This document shows, piece by piece, positions 40,601 to 47,231 of a DNA stretch of 64,000 bases. The position numbers were made by a program, and so were the translations under genes. The DNA is from Turneriella sp. Lineage in GTDB: Bacteria; Spirochaetota; Leptospiria; Turneriellales; Turneriellaceae. Positions within the stretch are counted from its first letter, which is position 1. Every line of letters starts with the position of its first letter. The DNA lies in contig CBDIID010000003.1 in the NCBI GenBank assembly GCA_965279515.1, positions 2,080,001 through 2,144,000 of the forward strand, read 5' to 3'. The notes beneath the pieces are model-generated. The model was not told the origin of the DNA and did no database searches. It saw nothing but the letters and a program-made list of their open reading frames with translations.

Positions 40601-40713
40601 CTATCGGCTCTTTGGGACAATATGGTTCGGGAAGCTCTACCGGTGGTTTCTCCATATCCACCACCAGCACCCTATGCTTGAGCGCACTATCGGTGTATTG
40701 CGTTGAGCAGTAA
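34627..40713 (+). CDS. Giant surface lipoprotein 2 (paralog; same architecture, DUF1554/Len-like tip)
   Basis: Likely start ATG 34627 (MKSVAHFFTLVYAGIVLS-C). Same module order as protein 1. Ends GADQRC..YKALIVD..WVIRPN..VYCVEQ. Confidence 0.9.
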   Translation: MKSVAHFFTLVYAGIVLSCSGLKLDKDSNCINQSSGCFRADKTPPEFRQAVDPLPYLPGNNTISTLAKVDIMFSEELNNPKTSDFIFSGPGTGTSGIKVNAIEKIDKYTYRLLVSASLETGNIFLDFPNLKDYNGNPITGNTQINYYGNVDIAVPFTVNRNGLSSSSGYSQIDVNWSYTYVPPTASTTIYTVKLTNGSTDCNTASALAWSGVGTPIPSPAAGSTVTSGTSYSFSIDTNDVTTSGDQVLLICVSNATHNKRGTAAISFLQNSSAPTTTLSPTFGPSGSPKALTFTCAPYMDKIIYSSDFTSGNGVDPLVGSPTDPTFNAATGAVTSGSLYDAASKPLTPYIADPTHSRFEFRCIDRAGNIEAIKNSGNLNTETYVVDSTLPEVTITHVYRATTTREITGLSNKALAHQSADIIWHTNQVTKPFSLRKGSTSCLAADGTLVTSGTTPGVANQDITTTISYNSSGIAVGTNDLRLCVQNGGSYGQDTRTIIRTTDNHTPTTTVNVGGGSYGTVQNIVVTCNDTNPEGVIYDASSADGATVPTPPTGPLYSPIGVRISGLDHLSPITLLNQKTTTINWRCIDVGGNESTLGTATYTIDSVIPLVNVTYFERPSVSNLAGAYPSVQMNWTTDKPGLQYEIRNSGNCNGGFGGGGTATRYSGTAAASNSQNLSIASGDFPVVGNTYNIKVCVFNAANIAGYQTTANDVTRDETRPVIGDPSTTNTPVNSTNFTISWNAASDNVGVAAYRIFRSVTSGVYGSTPDYTAVSTSTTLTMPDTQKYFLRVVPIDAAGNVPVTPANYTEISTKPDIRLIISGLSGTIKINDGAQADQSFAANIPGPGSLWNTPLTLGQNYAFSITQQPAGQLCAIREKQFGSLSGDLTITVNCAVGYITGGTYLQIPPAPVNYMLYRGRASTDVARSVSGVSGAFVSSGIAITSSGTSFVTDPGTSQIYRISGSSLISVAGNGSIAGIADGNGAAATFHNPSYISSDGTNIYISQVGSSLGSNTNDGIRKLDPAGNVTTLVSGAAVLDPEGIVVLGNTLYWANRNSHQVKALDITTGVVSVFAGTGTLGASDGPGSTATFNQPMGLTALGGKLYVTEFGNHRIRVINISSQAVSTLMGSSAGAVDGTVSVAKFNGPSGITTDGFDLYVTDYIGRTVRRIRLDRNGGSNHIASTIVGSGATGGANGIGTVATFTGPVAIATNGRQLFVSDEGNGTIRKIADWGAVGYWPNNFGNQQEYASDIGSPLTGSLTGSISDTSTADRYNNAGGAQNLQGAEYVTASATGVTGTACNATLAAWYKPSSLAASQGIAYNGNSGNSGFGLMFDATTGIRGLLGGVVWIPAVGNSFMPPLNQWTHVTLRCSSGNRWTLFINGHKLADSVNSPLSNPLGQMTIGRDTISAYVNGSVTDIRLYNRSLDEGEINELAQDASTSIAVTGISRNAGATGLLTHFEMDNGSLADSGAINTPIVSSNGTLVTGKDGDTNGAYSFSAASSQYQATSSIIADGASANGEITVAAWVSPTALPSVGSVYLIASHYSASDTARGYYFEYFNNGGTQQLYWTPSGGSGAYTTNISMPLNTWSHVAVTHTGTTATIYVNGQAMPTAQVSPRPLAQTTVATPIYVGRRDDGLLTDGKVDDVRIYNNALSAWQIRQLATNIPTGLVARYDFTGDRSDISGFGQDLSNNGANLGTDRFGLANAAATFNGSSNFDGAMANFPLGNSPRTVCAWTNPTALSAAFSEVVMYGVNGTSQGWGFGMDGSATPPYGRMFILDTAGDLAYNLPHGLNVWRHMCATYSGATEQLFVDGTAVASKPVTLATASGTLKIGRGIFAGADYFTGSIDDVRIYNRALTNTEIQTLLQQPNKRIVLSGPTMQGDMGGSPSGINGADQRCPGGYKALIVDGAVRRACTSPNCTTSGISENIQWVIRPNITYLRGDLFTIIGTANFNGIVPLPLTTSITGAADTAWTGLEIDWTTNSNTCGDWSSIGSLGQYGSGSSTGGFSISTTSTLCLSALSVYCVEQ

Positions 40714-40750
40714 GGACGGTTTTGGAGTGTGTAAAAAACTGGACACCTTA

Positions 40751-40767
40751 CAGGCACGGATTGAGCA
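40751..40767 (+). promoter_or_regulatory. Possible weaker sigma54-type site upstream of giant lipoprotein 3
   Basis: CAGGCACG-GATT-GAGCA keeps GG-N10-GC spacing, but the -12 element deviates from TTGC. Confidence 0.3.
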
Positions 40768-40791
40768 TAAGATACAGTTCGGGATTAACCT

Positions 40792-43700
40792 ATGCTAACG
40801 AACATGGAAAAAAACCTCGAGTCAAAATTGATACAGCCGGGCGCGGCTCTCCGGTTGGCGTTTTTCTCCACATTGCTCCTTGCGGCCTCATGCTCCGGAT
40901 TAAAGCTCGATAAAGATACCAACTGCCTGAACGAAAAATCCGGCTGCTTCAAGGCAGATAAGACCGCCCCCAAAGTAATCGACTATGTAAGCGAACCACC
41001 GCCGGATAGTAACGGCAAGATCAGCAGCCTCGCCTACGTCGATGTTACATTCTCTGAAGAGCCTAAGGGCGCTGACATCGCAACGAATTATGCCTTTGAA
41101 AATAATACCCAGGGAGGAGATTTAATTGTCACGTCAGTGCAGAAGCTGAGCGATTATAAGTACCGTATCTTCGCTGCTGGCAATGTCGGCGATGGTGCTT
41201 TCACTTTGAATTATTCCAAGCTGATCGATTATGCCGGCAATCACATCGACACCTTGGCAAAGCCGGTGGTCATGAACGGCAGCTCAAAATTTATCATCAG
41301 CGCCAACATCGATCATCTGGGTGTCAGTAGCGGCGGTGGTTATGCGAATATCACACTCTCCTTTTCTCACAATTATTCGGCCGACCAAACCAATAACAAT
41401 AGTTATGAAGTAAGAATTACCAGCGGCGCGGCGCAATGCGTTAATACAGACCCAACACCAAGCGTAGGCGTTCCGATTGGCTCGTCACTGGCAGCGGGGA
41501 GTACAATCACTTTAACGAATATTCCCTCCGGGAACTTCGCGATAGGTCAGAACCGCATCGTCGTCTGCGTCAAGAACCAGGTGAACCCATCCGCTGTGGC
41601 AACCTGGTCGTCGTCCGTATACCGTTTTGACAATTCGCCTGCGATTACGACTGGTTTTTCACCAGTCGCTGACGCATACCAGGCTTCGAGTCCTCTGACG
41701 ATAACATGCACCGGATTTAACTCAAAGATTGTCTACACCAGTGAATGGTTACAATCCGGTGCTCCTGCAAATCCGGCCACGCCAACTTTTGACGGTAGCG
41801 GAAATCCGGGCACAGGGAACCTTTACACTAATCCTATCCCCATAAGCAACAATGGAAATCCGACAAACTGGAAATTTTCATGGCGCTGTATAGATATCGC
41901 TGGTAATCAAAGCAGCCTCACATCGAATGTAGCTTACACGATCGATAGCACGCTGCCGGGTGTGATGGTAAATCTTGATTCGAGCTATCGTGCGTTCGTC
42001 TCAACGATCGGAGGATATAGTTCGACGACGTTGAATTTCACTTCGGATCAGGCGAACCATCAATACAACATTGCAAGTGGAACAACTTTGTGTTCTCCTG
42101 GCGGTGGCGGGACTTCTCTCATCGGATCTGGCCCCTTTTACACCAACGCAAGCGCAAACGGTGCAAATCCTCCGCAAGTAATTCCCGCCGGTTCTTTCAC
42201 ATCGGTGAGTCCAGCCGTAAATCACGTGCGTATCTGCGTTCAGGGAACGGTCTCAACGGTTTGGGGGACTGCATACCTGCAGATCATCCGCGATGATACC
42301 GCGCCCAGTGTTGCGGCAAATACACCGACAGGAAGCTATGGGGCACTTCAGGATGTTACTTTCACGTGCAACGACCCGGATTTTCATGGAGACAAAGTCG
42401 CATACACGATCGCAACACAAACCGGCTCCATCGCCCCTGCTATACCGCCATTAGACCCGACATTTAATGCCACGACCGGCGATATCACAAACGGTTTTGA
42501 ACAGACAGGCCCCTACAGTCCCCCCGACCAGTCGACGACGATTGTAAAATTTAAGTGTATCGATAAGGCCGGCAACCAATCGTCGGTGCAAACCACCCAG
42601 TACACCATCGACGCGACATTGCCAGCCGTGAATTTCGTTTCGCAGAACCATGCGGGCATAAGCTCGACCGCAGGGGCATTTGCGAGCGCCGACGTCGTGT
42701 GGAATGCCAACCGTGCCGGCCTTCAATACCGCGTTCGTAGGGTGGCGAATTGCAATCACGCGGGCGATCCGGGAAATACCATTCTTTCAGGGACGACGCC
42801 CACCGTGGGTACGAATATTACCAGCAATCTGACGACGGCGATGTTACCGACTAACAATAACCAGTATCCGATTCGGTTGTGCGTATTCAACTATGCAAAC
42901 CAATCGACATACCAATCGACAAATGTAACAGTCACACGCGACGACACGCCGCCGACGATCCTTGCGGCAAACCTGACGCCAACGATCACCGCTGCGGGCG
43001 GAACTAATTACACTATTTCATGGAATGCCGCCGATGACACGGCGGGCTCGGGTGTAGCTTTTTACCGCATCTTTCGCGATGGGGCTATGACCCCGACATT
43101 TCCCGGGTATCCCAATACCCCCGACTATATCGCTGTGGCAACTGCCGGAACCAATTCGGCAACCATCGCGATGCCCGATGCCTCGAAATATTACCTGCGC
43201 ATTGTTCCTGTAGATGCCGCGGGCAATGTCATGGCACTCGCGGCGTCTTATAATGTTATAGCTACGAGACTTAACCTCATTGTCAGCGTCACAGGTTATA
43301 CAACCGGCGCCGGTGATTTCCGCGTGCAACAGGGCGGCGATACGCTCGCTTTTAATACCACACCGGGAGGCACCCAGACATTTGCAACCGGGTTCACACC
43401 CGGCAGTTCTTACAGCGTATCGATTACGGCGCAGCCCACAAACCAGATTTGCTCTTTTGTGCCGAAGCAGTTCGGTACAATTACGAGCGATCTGACACTG
43501 CAGGTACAATGCCTTCAGGGTCAATGGGTTGGAGGTAACTACCGGGCCACGCCTCCCGTTCCGCTCAATTATCTGCTCTACCGCGGCAAAGTCACGACCC
43601 TTGCGGGCAACGGCGTTGCAGGTTTCGTAGATAATGGAACCGGGACCTCAGCGCAATTTCAGAATCCCGAGTTTTTGGTTTATTTGAACAATGCGTTGTA

Positions 43701-46700
43701 TGTGGCGGATTCCAATAACAGAAGAGTGAGGAGAGTTGACCTGACGGGTTCTTATGCGGTAACAACAACCGCGGGTTCGGCAACCGCGGCTGCTGGCGAT
43801 ACAACCGACGACGGCGCGTGCACAACGGCAAAATTCGGCGTCATGACCGCCATCGCAACCGATGGCGTGAATTTATACACCGGCGAATACAGTCCGGCAC
43901 GACGCATCCGCAAGATTTCTGACTTTGCGGGCACCTGCACCGTGAGTACTTTTGCGGGAGCGGGCCCCTATGGTTATACCGATGGTCCCGCGGCAACAGC
44001 GCAGTTCTCCGATATTTACAGCCTCGTTAGCGATGGTACGAGCCTTTTTGTCAGTGAAAACGGGAATAACCGTATCCGCAAAATAGATCTCGCAACCGGG
44101 ACCGTTTCAACAATCGCGGGCAACGGAGCGGCGGCGAGCGTCGACTCAGGCATCGGAACATCCGCTTCCTTTAACTCCCCTACCGGAATGACCGTCATCG
44201 GTACCGACCTCTATCTTGGCGATGTCTGCTGGACCTGCTCCGGCAACAATGGCAACACGATACGTAAAATTTCCCTCATCGCGCCTTACCCAGTCACAAC
44301 CGTTGCTGGCGTTGGGGGAACTGCGGCTTTGGCCGATGGCCCGGGAAGTACCGCAAAGTTCAACACTCCCATCGCACTCACGACTGACGGCACATCCATC
44401 TTTGTTGCCGACCTGAACAATTCGGTCATCCGCCGTATCGATCCGAAAAACGGCTACCGGGTTTCGACGCTTGCGGGGAGCACCGCTTGGGGCCATGCTG
44501 ACGGTACAGGGCCTGCTGCTGTCATCAACAGATCGCATGGCATTGCGACCGACGGTCGCAGGCTCTACTTTGGAGAATGGGGCGGCCATCGCATCAAAAA
44601 GCTCGAGGATGCAGGCCTTGTCGGTTACTGGGCGATTAATCCGGGGGTGAATCCCAACGACTACAGTAGCGACAATACGGCATCGCTGCATGGTTCGGTT
44701 TTGGGTGGTCCATTGAGTACTCTAGCCGACCGGTTCGGAAATGCGAATAAGGCAAGTTTATTTAACGGCACGAGCCAAAGCATTTCAGCCAGTGCAACCG
44801 GACTGCCGACCGGCAATGCCCCGCGCACGATGTGCGCGTGGGTAAAACCAACGGCAGCGCCGACCGCGGGGCATTTGATCGCGACCTACGGCAATCCATC
44901 TGTGAACCAATCCTTTGGGTTATATCAGTCGTATGTGAGTGGTGTTGAAAACGTAGGTTTAACCGGTTACGCACAGGATGTTGTGGTACCTTATATCCTT
45001 TCTACAACCAAATGGACCCATCTCTGCGCTTGGGCAAACGGGACGACCGGAAAGTTATTTCTTAACGGCAAAGTGATTGGCTCGTATGCGAACACCTTCG
45101 CCACCGGCAGCACCGGGCTGCGCATCGGCGCACAGCAGGGAAATACGCAGTATTTTGGCGGAGGTATTGCCGACGTGCGTATCTACAATCGCGCACTGAG
45201 CGAAGGCGAAATAAACGAATTGGCACAAGATGCCGCATCTGCACAAGTCGGTCAGACCTTCAGCACGGGCGGAACCGGGCTCCTGGCACATTATACACTG
45301 GCAAATTCCACAGCACCACAGGGACCAGTTGGTAGCTCACTAAGCGCTGCTGGTTCGGGAGGCTCGTTAATTACCGGCAAGGATGGCGCACCGAATGGGG
45401 CTTTTTATTATGACGGTGGCGGCTATCATTTTACAAATGCTTATGCCGGACTCCCCGTCGGCAATGCACCTCGCACACATTGCGGTTGGGTTCGACCAGC
45501 GAATAAGATTGCCACGGGCCAGTATTTTACCTTGCTGCAGTATGGCCTCAACGGTACGAATCAGAAATCCGGCTTATGGCTGCGTGACAATGCGGGCGTA
45601 AAAAAGCTGGTCAATGGCGGCGGCGGCAATGACCATGAGGCAACTTTTAACTTCCCCATCAACACATGGATTCATGTCTGCAATACGTACGATGGCACCA
45701 ACTCTTCGCTCTATGCTAACGGGCAACTTCTGGACACGGCCTCTTATCCGGCGTGGAATACCCAAGCCGGGGCGCTTGGCTTAGGCCGAGACCTGCCCAC
45801 TGCGGGATTTCTAACCGGGGGCCTTGCGGATATTCGAATTTATGATAATGCCTTAACCGCAAACCAGATACGCCAACTCGCTACGCAGGTACCGGCAGGC
45901 CTCGTGTTACGCATCGATACAAATGGAGATTTTAATGATGTCAGCGGTTTCGGCAACAGCCTGGTGAGCAACCCAGGGACTCTTGTCGCGGGGCGCCGCG
46001 GTATCGCCAGCACGGCCTACCGTTTCGTCGCACCGCAGCAGGCGCAAATAGCGCATGCCGCGGAAATCATGCAGCAAACTGATATCACTTGGTCTTTTTG
46101 GATGAAATCGCCGGATATGAGTAGCGTGGTCGGACAGATTTTGGGGAAATATGTCGTGACGCCGAACTCTGGCTGGGTAATTAAGTACGATCAGGTCAAT
46201 TACGCTCACGGATGGACAGTTGGCACAGCGGGTAACGGGGCTTTCAGCAATTCGCATCCCGTACCCTCAAACAATGTCTGGAACCATTATGCCTATGTCC
46301 GCTCCGGAGCGGGTTTGACCATTTATATAAATGGTGTTTCTTACAGTAATATAACGGCAGGAAACGGTACCGCAATTATTCCTAATACTGTAGATCTCAA
46401 TATCGGTCTCAACGCAGGTAGCGGAGATGTCAGTCTTCAAGATGTGCGCATCTACAACCGGGCTCTTTCGACAAGTGAAGTACAGGCACTTACCGGATAT
46501 CATGCGGTGCAAAGTGCGAGCGGACTGAGCCTTCACGTTCAGGCGGATACTTTCTCCAATTTAAGCGACGGCAATGCGATTACCACAAACTGGCGCAATT
46601 CCGTTATACAGACACCAGCGTCGGGAAGCGGCACGGTTGCGGGCAATCCCCGCTATGTCAGCGGCACGAGCAGCCTTTTGGGGGGCATGCCAGCAGTAGA

Positions 46701-47223
46701 ATTCGACGGTACGGCCGGAAAATATTTCGATTTCGGATTCCCCACGTATACGTACTCCGGGGTAACCGTATGCACCGCCGCAACCCGTAAGGGCAATAGC
46801 TACCGGGGCCTTGTCGAGAAGCGCGGCGCTACGGCGACGACGAATAGCTGGGGCATGTTGACAGATTTGCCCACAAGCGCGCTGAAATTTGAAATGGATT
46901 CAACTGCATCGGCGGAGGTTGTGACAGCCATCGCAGACGATACTCCCGCAATTTACTGCGTCGTCAGCGGAGCGGGGAATTTGCTGAGCAGTTACCTGAA
47001 CGGACAGGCCTCGTCTTCTGTTTCCAAAACCATTATGTCTGGCTCAAACGCCGACAGACTGGTCGTCGGTTCACGATTCGATTTGGCAAGTTCGTACTAC
47101 GGGCAGATCGGTGAAGTCTTCGTTATGACTAAAGATGCCTCGGCAGCGGAACGCCGCATCGCCGAATGTTATCTTTCTGCGAAGTACTCAATTCCGATGA
47201 CTGGTGGAGCCGTTTGCCCCTAG
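40792..47223 (+). CDS. Giant surface lipoprotein 3 (paralog; tip is a different LamG-like jelly-roll, not DUF1554)
   Basis: Lipobox LAAS-C with the same stalk/NHL/LamG order. C-terminus LSLHVQADT..PAVEFDG..YYGQIGEVFV..ERRIAECYLSAKYSI. Start may be ATG 40804. Confidence 0.9.
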   Translation: MLTNMEKNLESKLIQPGAALRLAFFSTLLLAASCSGLKLDKDTNCLNEKSGCFKADKTAPKVIDYVSEPPPDSNGKISSLAYVDVTFSEEPKGADIATNYAFENNTQGGDLIVTSVQKLSDYKYRIFAAGNVGDGAFTLNYSKLIDYAGNHIDTLAKPVVMNGSSKFIISANIDHLGVSSGGGYANITLSFSHNYSADQTNNNSYEVRITSGAAQCVNTDPTPSVGVPIGSSLAAGSTITLTNIPSGNFAIGQNRIVVCVKNQVNPSAVATWSSSVYRFDNSPAITTGFSPVADAYQASSPLTITCTGFNSKIVYTSEWLQSGAPANPATPTFDGSGNPGTGNLYTNPIPISNNGNPTNWKFSWRCIDIAGNQSSLTSNVAYTIDSTLPGVMVNLDSSYRAFVSTIGGYSSTTLNFTSDQANHQYNIASGTTLCSPGGGGTSLIGSGPFYTNASANGANPPQVIPAGSFTSVSPAVNHVRICVQGTVSTVWGTAYLQIIRDDTAPSVAANTPTGSYGALQDVTFTCNDPDFHGDKVAYTIATQTGSIAPAIPPLDPTFNATTGDITNGFEQTGPYSPPDQSTTIVKFKCIDKAGNQSSVQTTQYTIDATLPAVNFVSQNHAGISSTAGAFASADVVWNANRAGLQYRVRRVANCNHAGDPGNTILSGTTPTVGTNITSNLTTAMLPTNNNQYPIRLCVFNYANQSTYQSTNVTVTRDDTPPTILAANLTPTITAAGGTNYTISWNAADDTAGSGVAFYRIFRDGAMTPTFPGYPNTPDYIAVATAGTNSATIAMPDASKYYLRIVPVDAAGNVMALAASYNVIATRLNLIVSVTGYTTGAGDFRVQQGGDTLAFNTTPGGTQTFATGFTPGSSYSVSITAQPTNQICSFVPKQFGTITSDLTLQVQCLQGQWVGGNYRATPPVPLNYLLYRGKVTTLAGNGVAGFVDNGTGTSAQFQNPEFLVYLNNALYVADSNNRRVRRVDLTGSYAVTTTAGSATAAAGDTTDDGACTTAKFGVMTAIATDGVNLYTGEYSPARRIRKISDFAGTCTVSTFAGAGPYGYTDGPAATAQFSDIYSLVSDGTSLFVSENGNNRIRKIDLATGTVSTIAGNGAAASVDSGIGTSASFNSPTGMTVIGTDLYLGDVCWTCSGNNGNTIRKISLIAPYPVTTVAGVGGTAALADGPGSTAKFNTPIALTTDGTSIFVADLNNSVIRRIDPKNGYRVSTLAGSTAWGHADGTGPAAVINRSHGIATDGRRLYFGEWGGHRIKKLEDAGLVGYWAINPGVNPNDYSSDNTASLHGSVLGGPLSTLADRFGNANKASLFNGTSQSISASATGLPTGNAPRTMCAWVKPTAAPTAGHLIATYGNPSVNQSFGLYQSYVSGVENVGLTGYAQDVVVPYILSTTKWTHLCAWANGTTGKLFLNGKVIGSYANTFATGSTGLRIGAQQGNTQYFGGGIADVRIYNRALSEGEINELAQDAASAQVGQTFSTGGTGLLAHYTLANSTAPQGPVGSSLSAAGSGGSLITGKDGAPNGAFYYDGGGYHFTNAYAGLPVGNAPRTHCGWVRPANKIATGQYFTLLQYGLNGTNQKSGLWLRDNAGVKKLVNGGGGNDHEATFNFPINTWIHVCNTYDGTNSSLYANGQLLDTASYPAWNTQAGALGLGRDLPTAGFLTGGLADIRIYDNALTANQIRQLATQVPAGLVLRIDTNGDFNDVSGFGNSLVSNPGTLVAGRRGIASTAYRFVAPQQAQIAHAAEIMQQTDITWSFWMKSPDMSSVVGQILGKYVVTPNSGWVIKYDQVNYAHGWTVGTAGNGAFSNSHPVPSNNVWNHYAYVRSGAGLTIYINGVSYSNITAGNGTAIIPNTVDLNIGLNAGSGDVSLQDVRIYNRALSTSEVQALTGYHAVQSASGLSLHVQADTFSNLSDGNAITTNWRNSVIQTPASGSGTVAGNPRYVSGTSSLLGGMPAVEFDGTAGKYFDFGFPTYTYSGVTVCTAATRKGNSYRGLVEKRGATATTNSWGMLTDLPTSALKFEMDSTASAEVVTAIADDTPAIYCVVSGAGNLLSSYLNGQASSSVSKTIMSGSNADRLVVGSRFDLASSYYGQIGEVFVMTKDASAAERRIAECYLSAKYSIPMTGGAVCP

Positions 47224-47231
47224 ACTACAAC

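Noticed and set aside
33910..40713. Possible diversity-generating retroelement targeting the C-type-lectin-like DUF1554 tips
   Set aside because: No reverse transcriptase and no near-identical TR/VR pair differing at adenines seen in the window. A remote DGR cannot be excluded.
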